In this document: positions 11,060 through 21,060 of the stretch, in pieces
How positions within the stretch are numbered: the stretch's first letter is position 1
Layout of the letters: every line of letters begins with the position of its first letter
Source of the DNA: Camelus ferus
Lineage: Eukaryota
Direction of reading: 5' to 3'
Assembly (NCBI RefSeq): GCF_009834535.1
Contig: NC_045696.1
Location: 22,446,001-22,510,000, forward strand
DNA: 64,000 bases
Made by a program: the position numbers and the translations under genes
The notes under the pieces: model-generated
Seen by the model: the letters and a program-made list of their open reading frames with translations, nothing else
Database searches by the model: none
What the model was told of the DNA's origin: nothing

Positions 11060-14000
11060 CCTGCAGCCAATTCCCAGACTTACACCGGTTCATAGACCCT
11101 TGCATGAATGGGGGGAAGCTGGGCTACACTGAGAAAAGACCTTGCTACACAGCAAAAACGTATAATATAAATATTCCTCCTAACCTTTCTGAGAGAAGCC
11201 TGTGTCCACTGCCCAGGATGGTTGTACATTGGGGAAGAGTAAATAATCAGTTTTTCATGGATTTCTAGACACTGGCTTTCAACTGGCACTAATTCATAGA
11301 GAGCATAAATGCCATTAGGGTTCACCAGTCAGAGCTGGGACTTAATAAGGTCAAGTGATCCATGGGGTTTTAACTTGTGTCAGTTGACCAGTAGGCTGTG
11401 AGTCTCTGAACCCACCTTGTGGTTATCCCTCAGTTTCAGAATGTGTAACTGGCATGGAAATATTCAGAAAAATGTCAGAATTCCCACATAGGTTCCCTGG
11501 GCTGTGATAGGAAAGATCAGTTTAGGTCACTTGAGCTGTCTCTACCTATCAAAACAAACAGTAAACTAAAAAGTCATATCATATTCCTAGAGGATCTGCA
11601 GAGATTAATGTCCTCATCAAAGACTTGAAAGATGCAGGGGTGGTGCTTCCTACCATATCCTTGTTCAGGTTACTTATTTGGCCTTTGCAGAAGATAGGTG
11701 GAGCTTGGAGAATGACAGTGATTATGGCAGATGTGGTTAGGTGGTGATATCAATTGCAGCTGCTATTCCAGATGTGCTTTATCCTGGGACCTGGTATGCA
11801 GCCATTAAAATGGCAAATGATTATTTCTCTATACTTATTATTAAAGACCATACGCTTTCAGCTGCCAGGGTAGCAATCCAACTTCATTGTCTTTTTCAGG
11901 ACTATTTCAGTTCTCCTGCCTTATGCCATAATCTAGTCTGCAGGGATCTTGTTCACCTTTCTATTCCAAGGGCGTCACACTGAACCATGACATCAAAGCG
12001 AGCATGCTGATAAGGAGCAGCAGTGAGCCTAACACCTTGTTAAGGTGCATGAATGCCAAGGAGATGCGTTGCACAGAATCCAGTGATCTACCACCATGGT
12101 GCAATTTCTCAGGGGCACAGTGTCTGGGATATCTCCAGATAGTTTTCCAGGCTTAAGGATACATTTCTGCATTTTGCCTCTTCTACTATGAAGAAAGAGG
12201 TACAATGCCTAGTTAGCCACTTTGGATTTTAGAGATAACATGTACTTCATTCAGCTTTGCTATTCTGACCATTTACCAGGTGACTTGAAAAGTTCTCAGT
12301 ATTGAAAGATGCCAAGAGTTAGGGAAGGCCCTATAATAAGTTCAGACTTCTCTGCAAGTTGTTCTGCCACTTGGGAAAATGTAGGATATATGATGGTGCT
12401 TGGAGTGTCAGTGGTGGATAGGGTTGCTATTTGGGAACTTTGGCAGGATCTTACGGATAAATCACAGCACGATGACCTTTAAGATTTTGGAGCAAAGTTA
12501 TGCTATCCTCTTTAGATAGCTGTTCTCATTTTGAGAAACATCTTGATTATGGCTGCCAAGTTACCATGGAACCTAATTTTCCCATCATCAACTGAGTGTT
12601 TATGGATGTCTGACTAAATTTATGATGAGACGCTCAGGTTGCATGGTAACTTGATGGCCTGTGGGCAAGTTGTTTCTCAAAATGAGAAAAAGATACAAGT
12701 TAGCGAGCATAGAACACTCCATCATTAACAGAATTTTTGTGTATTGAGATTGGGCTTAAGCAGCTACTGAAGGCATAAGTAAGTTGCATACGCAGGTGTC
12801 TCAGATGGCCGTGCCTCAGACTCCTCCTCTGTTGTGTCTTCCCTCTCAACCTGAACTGATGGTCAAATGAGAATTTTTCCCATGACCAGTTAGCTAAGGA
12901 AGACAGTTCTTCATGTTATGCTGATACCACCAAAATGTGGATGACTGCAGCACTTTGGGGTGGTCCTGAATGTCACTGGAGGACGAAAATCTTCCCAGTT
13001 GGCAGAACTTCAGGCAGTTCTGTGGACCTTGTTGTTCATTTTGCTTAGAAAGAGAGAGCCTGGGGGTATAGGTCTGTATTATTGCATGGAAAGCTAATAA
13101 TCTGGCTTGATGGGGTTAAGAGCTGGGAAGGAACATGTTTGGAAAATCAGTGACACAAGGTGAGGGGAAAAAGTATTTTAATAAACCTCTCACAATAGGC
13201 AGAGAATATTTATATTTGTGTCCCATGTGAATGATCACCAAAAAGAGCAATTTCTGCAGAGGAAAATTATAATAATAGGTAGACAAGATGACCTGTTCTG
13301 GGCCTAAGTTAGCCTCTTAAACCAAACATCCCTGTTCTTGCTCAATAGGCTGATGAACAAAGTAACCATGGTGACACGAATGGAGATTATTCATGGACTC
13401 AGCAACAAGGAATTCTACTCAGTAAGGCCCACCTGGCTTCAGACATCATTAGGTATCCAACCTGCCAACACTGGAGATAACGTTGAGCACCCGCCCCCCC
13501 TCCCCCCATGTGGTATGCTTCTTTGAGAGCACTAGCCAATTACTGGTGGCAGGTTGGTTACTTAAAACTATTTGTATGATGGAAAAGTTAGCATTTGTTC
13601 TCACTGGAGTAGACCTTTACAATGGACACAGATTTAACTTTTTTTCCCCTGCAATACTTCTGCCAAAACTACTATCCATGAACTTATTGAATATCTTATT
13701 AATAGTCATGGCAGTTCATACAACATTGATTCTGAGCACAGAACTCATTTTACAGAAAATGAAGTTCAGTGATGGGCTAATGCTCAGATAATTAACTATT
13801 CTTACCACATTCCCCTTATCCTGAAACAGCTGGCTTGATAGAATAGTGAAATGGCTTTTTAAAGCTTTGCTATGGTGTCAGCTAGGTAGCAATACCTTGC
13901 AGGTCTATGATAATTTTCTCTAGGATACAGTGTGTGTTCTAAATCAGTAACTGACATATGGTGCTGTTTCTCCCATAGCCAGTATTCACAGTTCTGGGAA

Positions 14001-14944
14001 CCAAAGGGTGGATGTGGGAGTGGATCCTCTCACTATTAGCCATAGAGATCCATTTAGCAATATTTTTTTTGTTTCCCTTTCCTACAATTTTAGGATCTAA
14101 AGGTCTAAAAGTTTTAGTTCCCAAGGGAGGAATTCCTTCAGCAGAGAATACAGCAATGATTCTTTTAAGTTGGAAGTTAAGCCTGCCACTTGACCACTGT
14201 GGACGCTTCAGGCCAGTAAATCAATAAACAAAGGAGGGTTTCACTCTACTGGCTAGGGTGATTGTTCCTGGCTGCAAGAGGAAATTAGATTGCTTCTATC
14301 TAACGGGGGTAAAGAGGGGTATTTCTGGGATGTAGGTGATTCCCCTGAGGTGCCACTTACTACTGCTGTATACTTTGGTTAAAGTCACTGGGAAACTACA
14401 ATCCCAAACAGACAGGATGCCAATGATCCAGATCCTTTAGGGATGAAGGTTTGGGTCACCATTCCAGACAAGGAACCATGACCAACTGGGGAGTTTGCTG
14501 AAGGCAAAGAGAACATGAAATGGGTAGTTGAAGAAGGCACTTGTAAATACTAACTCTAACCACACAAACTGTTTTAGAAACAGGGATTATAATAATAGAG
14601 AGAGAGATTTTTTTCTCAATTTTGATATGAATATGTGTATACAGTAATCATTTTTCCTTCCTTTCTACCATTTCCCTACCATTAATATAAGCTGTCTTAA
14701 TAGTATTTAACCTTATATCTTAGCATTTAAGTTATAAACTTTCAAAAGGGAATTGATCTCAGCAAGAAGAGGAAGGAATCCCACTTAAAGATGCATAAAA
14801 AACTTTGTATCCTCTTATATGGAGAAGAGTAATGTGTTTTGGTTGTATGAGGGATAATTGAGGTGGAAGCATAATTTTGCTATTGTCTTCATTTGGAAGT
14901 TCAGTATTGTTAAAAGAGGTATATCCTAGCACCAGGTTGACATG
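11060..14944 (+). pseudogene. pol: Decayed ERVL internal region: gag end, protease, RT, RNase H, integrase, dUTPase
   Basis: Frame-broken motifs in ERVL order: FLDTGFQLALI (~11262), WRMTV (~11707), IAAAIPDV...PGTWYAAIKMAN (ORF 11741..11983), SSQLAELQAV (~12990), VSHVNDHQ (~13218), WWQVGY and LTGVDLYNGHRF (13544-13640), GLKVLVPKGG...WKLSLP (ORF 14012..14227). Many stops and frameshifts. 5' LTR and most of gag are absent. Confidence 0.93.
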
Positions 14945-15372
14945 GCATTCGCTAAGCTGGACTGATATTTTCTTCCCTGTGTAGGTCTGGGTTAGCATGG
15001 GCCACAAGAGACATTTTACTTTAGATTTGGAAGGTCAAAGGGAAGCAGAAGTTATATTGTTTTTATGCTTTGATGATCAGTGCGATGGCTCCAGGAGCTG
15101 TTGCAGCTCATATACATGGTAGTTGATTGACTGTTTCATTTTGTTGGCATGGGCAGCAGCCCAGTACACAGGTTCTGGAGCTCCCGATGGACCTCCAGTT
15201 TCAACTTCTTCAGTTTATGGACTAGGCTCAGGAGCAGAAACTGAAGGAACAGTCATATATAAACTATTAAAACAACTCCCACAGTCACATAAGGTCCAAT
15301 CCCTGTAATTCAGCCCAGATTCTGTACTTTTCCTAGTGGTTCTGTTGTCTGATTGAACTCTGAGTGCCATGA
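14945..15372 (+). mobile_element. 3' LTR of the ERVL provirus (LTR40/LTR41-like)
   Basis: Directly follows the ERVL 3' end (caccaggttgaca) and ends cctagtggttctgttgtctgattgaactctgag, like ERVL-class LTR termini. Confidence 0.7.
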
Positions 15373-16081
15373 CGTATCATAAGGCGTCAGTAAAGCAAGG
15401 GAATTTGGAGTATTGGCCAAAGATTTGCTGATAAAAGGGACATGGAATACAAGGTAGATAAGGAAGGGACTGAAGAAAGAGAAGAGGTGATAGAGTGAGG
15501 AAAGTGGACTTTTAAATAAACCAGAGGTCCTAGTGAGATAGGAAAAAAAGCCACAGTGGGAGCAGTCAACTTGGGACCAGAATGGTTAGGGGTGAGAATG
15601 CTTTCTTACTCATGATTTACTGGCATGAAGAGTCCAAAATGGCTCAGTAAGGTATGAAAAATGTATTTGTATAGGCGTTACAAAATAGATAGCTGGTAGA
15701 TTGTGCAAAATGTTGTATTATCTTTTGTTGACAATGGAATAAGATACCCATTGTCAAATTGAAAACAGTGTTTGGCACATAGTTAGCTCTCACTAAATTA
15801 TTTATTCAATGAATGAATGGACCCATATCTATTTGACTTTGGAAGAATCGATTGTGATCCAGTTTACCTTGAGATAGAAGTTTAGGCCAAAAATACCATA
15901 ATTATCAGGACCAGTATTTCTGGCTCTTACATCTTTCCTGTCTGGTAGATGTGATGTAGTGAGGCATACTGGCTGTAGAAAATTAGATTTGTTGTTGAAT
16001 GTATATGACTGAAAGCTTGAAAATCAAAAGAAATATTGATGTTCAAAAGTGGTAATGCATTTTTTTAAAGTTATAAACTCA

Positions 16082-16553
16082 TACCATATGATCCAGCAAT
16101 CACACTCCTAGGCATATATCCAGAGAAAGCTCTAATTTGAAAAGATACATGTACCTCAGTGTTCACAGCAGTGCTATTTACAATAGCCAAGACATGGAAG
16201 CAATGTAAATGTCCGTTGACAGAAAAATGGATAAAGAAGATCTGAGATGTATATATAGATAATATGATGGAATATTACTCAGCCATAAAAAAGAATGAAA
16301 TAACATATTTTCAGCAACATAGGTGAACCTAGAGATGATCATATTAAGTCAGATGAAAACAAATATAATATTATATCACTTATATGTGGAATCTAAAAAT
16401 AATACAAACAAACATTTACAAAACAGAAATAAACTCAGACGTGGAAAAAAACCTTTGGTTATCAAAGAGGAATGAAGGGAGGGAAGGATAAATTAGGAGT
16501 CTGGGGTTAACAGTTAACACACCACTATACATAAAATAGATAAACAACAAAAC

Positions 16554-16601
<48 letters not shown>

Positions 16602-16666
16602 AACTGAATCACTTTGCTGTACATCTAAAACTAACACAACATTGTAAATCAACTAACTTCAATAAA
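16082..16666 (+). mobile_element. 5'-truncated L1 3' end containing a (CA)n microsatellite
   Basis: ORF2-end and 3' UTR motifs (ccatatgatccagcaat; atggaatattactcagccataaaaaagaatgaa). TSD aaagttataaactca (16067-16081) / aaagttatgaactca (16667-16681) at a TT/AAAG site. Confidence 0.93.
16556..16598. repeat. (CA)n microsatellite
   Basis: Read directly. Confidence 0.97.
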
Positions 16667-17529
16667 AAAGTTATGAACTCAGAAGAATGTTCTTTCTCTT
16701 TCCAGTTAGCACTTCCCTGTGAAACATTGTTCCAAACAAACAAACAAGACAATTTGGATCAAATAATCTACTTGCAGTTTTCTTTTAATTTGAAGAAGCT
16801 TATTCTACATCAGGAATAATTAGAGTATCCAGTGGCATCCACAGTAAACAATATAATTAAAAAAAACTGTATAAACAATCTTAGAAATTATATTGATCAT
16901 GCATATCTTTTATTTTAAAGACTTCAAGAGGTTGGTACAGATGCTCCCTTTTAACCCCTTTTTAGTAGTTAACCCCAAATATCAAGTAGTTGTTATACAA
17001 GCAGGCTGCAGTGGGTTACAGACAGTGATCCATCTAGTTCCATTTTAAGAACTGAGGACTAACAAGGGAAGAACTCAACCAGGTTTTAGGTTGCACAAGA
17101 ACATACCTAAAAATATTTCAGCCTGGGGTATAGATCTGGTACTCATATATCAAAAAATCAAGTCCAAAGTTACCAGATTCTGTCCTTTTCTTCCCCATGG
17201 CAGGTTTTGAAGTTTTGGTTAGACTAAACATTTTCCTCAAGTTGGCTTTGACTCTGTGCTACAATGTGTGGGTAGCTAAGCAAATGTAAGATTGTATTTT
17301 TGTATGTCTACCATGCTGTCAAAATCAAAAGCTCCAAAATGAAAAGGATAGAAATGACCCAGAGAGTTGTCACAAATAAAAGTGCTCTCAGACATTTCCG
17401 TACAATGAAAGGAATGAAAGAATAGATAGGGAAAGAAATTTATTTAACCAGTTGGCTTCCAAATTGATCTAAATGAAGAACGAACTTGCCGTACATTATT
17501 CAGATGATTAAGTAGTGCCATAACATCCT

Positions 17530-18078
17530 TTCATTCTTTCAACAAATATATATATCAAGTAGCAATCATGTGATAGATTCTCTGTAACCCCTGGGAATTC
17601 AGTGGTGAACAGAGTCCCAGTTCTCTTAGAGTTTACATTTTATTTTATTATTTTTATTTTTTTGTGGGAGGAGGTAATTAGGTTTATTTATTTTAATTTT
17701 ATTTCATTTTAAATGAAGATACTGAGGATTGAACCTAGGACCTTGTGCATGCTAAGTATGCACTCTACCCCTGAGCTAGACCTCCCCACCTGGAGTTTTC
17801 ATTTTAATGGAGGTAAAGAGAAGTAAGTAAGCCTTTACTTGTCTGTGAGGAAGTATTAGAGGACATGGAAGTGCTTATGAGGGACATATGATTTGGGATG
17901 GGGGGATGTTGAGGGGAATCAGGAGAGTGAGTTCAAAGGATAAATAGAAATGGCTCAGTGGTGAAGAGGGAGGAAGTAGTGCTCAAGTGAGAGGAACACT
18001 GCATGTAACAGTCTAGAGATGAGAACGATCCTGATATGATTAGGGAACTGAAAGAACTTTGGCATGCCTGGAGCTGAG

Positions 18079-18080
<2 letters not shown>
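17530..18080 (-). mobile_element. L2 3' region interrupted by a SINE
   Basis: cattctttcaacaaata...cagtggtgaacagagtcccagttctc, resuming after the SINE with gaggaacactgcatg. Confidence 0.7.
17643..17792 (-). mobile_element. tRNA-Ala-derived camelid SINE (vic-1 type)
   Basis: Reverse complement reads TAGCTCAGGGGTAGAGTGCATACTTAGCATGCACAAGGTCCTAGGTTCAATCC plus an A-rich tail. TSD gagtttacatttta / gagttttcatttta. Confidence 0.9.

Positions 18081-18125
<45 letters not shown>
18080..18125. repeat. (TG)n microsatellite
   Basis: Read directly. Confidence 0.97.
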
Positions 18126-18127
<2 letters not shown>

Positions 18128-18694
18128 ATAGTAGTATCCAGGCTGAACAGGTATAATGCCACCAGTCTTCATATCTGGAGTCTTCAAATAGAGTAATCTT
18201 TAAACTGAGTGTGCGTATTCCTAGAGTCCAAGAAGGTTTCTTAGAGGATATGTCATCACGGATCATTATAAGGAAATTAATTATTGTGTCCAAAACTTCC
18301 TTAAGCACTCTTCTAAAACTAATCTGTCTGAGAATTTTTCTGTGATTTACCAGGTCTCTTTCCTAACTTTCCTTTCACAGTCTTCTTTCTTTCATCTTAT
18401 AAAAGAATGACACACCTCTGACCCTTTTAAAATTGCAGCATTATACTTATAAAAGCCTCTGGATACCATTAATGGGATTGTTTGAGAATTGTTTGAGGGA
18501 GCGTAAATAAGAAAGTTCCAGTGTGAAATGTTGAAGCCATGGTGGTGACATATTGAATTTTGGATCCAAAGCCAAGACAAGGCTCCTTGCGTCTGCCCAT
18601 CTATCTTCCTGTCTGTCCACTTTAAAAAATAATTTAAAAGTGAGAAGGTTGTCACATAATGCATATTAATTATTTAATTAAAATATTAAGTTAG

Positions 18695-19290
18695 GTATTT
18701 TTATACATTACAAAATGATCACCATGATAAGTGATCATCATGCTAAGTCTAGTTACCATCTGTCACCACACAAAGAGATTACATTATTAATTACATTTCC
18801 CACACTGTATGTTTCATGCCTGTGATCGTTTTGTAATGTACAGAAATATCAAATCACTATGTTGTGCACCAGGAACTAACATAGTGTTGTAGGCCACTTA
18901 TCCTTCAAAACCAACCAACCAAACTCGTAGAAAAAGAGATCAGATCTGTGGTTACCAAAAGTGGGGAACAGGAGGAGGGGGAATTGGATGAAGGTGATCA
19001 CAAGGTACAAACTTCCAGTTATAAGATAGATTAGTGCTAGGGATGTCACGTACAACATGATCAATATAATTAACACTGCTGAGTTTTATATATGAAAGTT
19101 ATTGAGAGAGTAAATCCTAAGAGTGCTCATCACAAGGAAAACGTATTTCTTTCTTTTTCTTTTATTTTGATCTATATGAGATGATGGATGTTCACTAAAC
19201 TTACAAGTGTTTCATGATGCAAGTTAAATTGTGCTGTATGCCTTACACAGTGCAGTATGTCAGTTATATGTCATTAAAATTGGAAGAAAA
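18695..19290 (+). mobile_element. L1 3' UTR insertion with a 5' inversion
   Basis: Perfect 19-bp TSD AATTAAAATATTAAGTTAG at 18676-18694 and 19291-19309. Segment 18695-~18830 is L1 on -, the remainder is L1 on +. Confidence 0.9.
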
Positions 19291-19684
19291 AATTAAAATA
19301 TTAAGTTAGATTTTGGGAGTTTAGGTTTATTTGCTTTGAAATCCAATGATTGTACTGTTTGTAAATGCAGGGATGCCACCAAGGACAAACCAAAGAAGGT
19401 AGTGTTGTTTATGCCTAAACAAAATAGCCAGAGACTGTTGCCCTTTTGAAGATCATGTGCAGGCTTTCGCACTCTCTCTTCTGTCTATCAGTTGCCATTC
19501 TTTTTCTCTGGGTTCCCAAATACAGTAGCAATCATCATTCTGTTTCTTTTTCTTAATCAAGAACTGTCTGGGATTGAAGACGTCTTAGAACTCTGGGATT
19601 AAAGGTCAAAGCCAATTTTTATGTAAGGACACTCTGAGTAAAATTTATGATATTTAGCATATGGATTTTCAACGTTTAATTTTT

Positions 19685-21060
19685 GTTGACTTTATTGAAG
19701 TTTAATTTGAAGTAAAACTCACTCATCCTAAGTGTAGACTTTAATAATTTTAAGTGAACTTATAGCATTTCCTCACAGTCTTTACAGTCCAGGTTTACAA
19801 TATATGGGAGCAGCTCTGGATTCCTAACCACCCTTCTCAGGGGATTGTTGTTGCTGCTGCTGTGTGCACGTGTGCATGTGGGTGTGGTGTTTAGTAACTC
19901 GCCCGGGCAAAATACAGAGTCTGTTTTCCTTCACATTATGTGTCCTTTGGTATGTCTACTCAGTTTTTTAAAGCATTCTTGTTTATATATATAAGCATGG
20001 CCTCCTAGGGGTCACTCCTGTGACAACATAGCTCAGTGGTCAGCCAGTGATTGCTCAGAAACTGCACTCAAACACCTCGGCCCAGTAAGACCCTTCCTCT
20101 CTTCCCACTGATCTGGCCATGTGTTTGGGAACTATGCAGAAGTCAGACACTTTACATCTGTCCCAGCTTTTGTCTTCTCCAGGTCCTCTCACATCTCTCC
20201 TGGGCATCCACAGGCCTCAGGTTCCAGCAGGGATGAGGGGACAGCTGGGGACCTTTCTGGTCTCTCCTGCCACATGCAGCCTGTACCTCTTCCAGACTTG
20301 CAGAGACTTGTAGGGACTTAGCAGGTCCCACTGGAATGAGACCATAAGACCGTGGTTGTCATGGACCTTCCCTGTTTGTTGGCCACATAGGTTGCTCCTG
20401 TTTTGGACAAGGCCCCCAGCATGGTGTTATTCAGTGCTCTACTCTGAACCAAGGGAGACCCCGCCCCCCCCAACAGCAAAGCTGCTGGTTTTTTTTTTAA
20501 CATTTTTTATTGATTTATAATCATTTTACAATGTTGTGTCAAATTCCAGTGTAGAGCACAATTTTTCAGTTATACATGAACATACATGTATTCATTGTCA
20601 TATTTTTTTCTGTGAGCTACCATAAGATCTTGTATATATTTCCCTGTGCTATACAGTATAATCTTGTTTATCTATTCTACAATTTTGAAATCCCAGTCTA
20701 TCCCTTCCCGCCCCCCTCCCCCTTGGCAACCACAAGTTTGTATTCTAAGTCTATGGGTCTATTTTTGTTTTGTATTTATGCAAAGCTGCTGTTTTTCTGT
20801 TTGGGGGCCCTCGTGTACCTACCACACCAACAAAGCTGGAGGACAACGGGAAAGGGCGTAGCCCCAGACAAAAGTGACAGTGACACCTGCTGTTCTTCCT
20901 GGAGGCTTGTTTTTGAATAAATGCATCTCAGTTTGTTGTATGCCTTTGGTAATCTCTAGTGTCTTGAAATAGCTGTGTTTTTGGACAATGTTTTAGCTTT
21001 ATCATTGCTTTTTGGGGAAAGCATTTGCTCAGTTTCTGCCGTTTTGGAAGTCCCCTGCTC
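19685..21060 (-). mobile_element. Ancient L1 (L1MD/L1M4-like): short 3' end plus 5' UTR-like region, interrupted by a younger L1
   Basis: ttttattgaagtttaatt...cctaagtgta 3' end, then ggcctcctaggggtcac...gtggtcagccagtgattg...actcaaacacct 5'-region motifs. Confidence 0.65.
20488..20779 (-). mobile_element. Young camelid-type L1 3' end
   Basis: aacattttttattgatttataatcattttacaatgttgtgtcaaattccagtgtagagc 3' UTR. TSD GCAAAGCTGCTG at 20476-20487 and 20780-20791. Confidence 0.92.

Noticed and set aside
11741..14227. ERVL ORFs as a domesticated retroviral gene
   Set aside because: Each is ~100 aa or shorter, drifts out of frame, and has altered catalytic-region motifs, consistent with neutral decay.
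17933..18308. ORFs with HTHTHT runs (also 52204..52428, and IYIYIY at 26005..26277)
   Set aside because: They are translations of (TG)n or (TA)n microsatellites.
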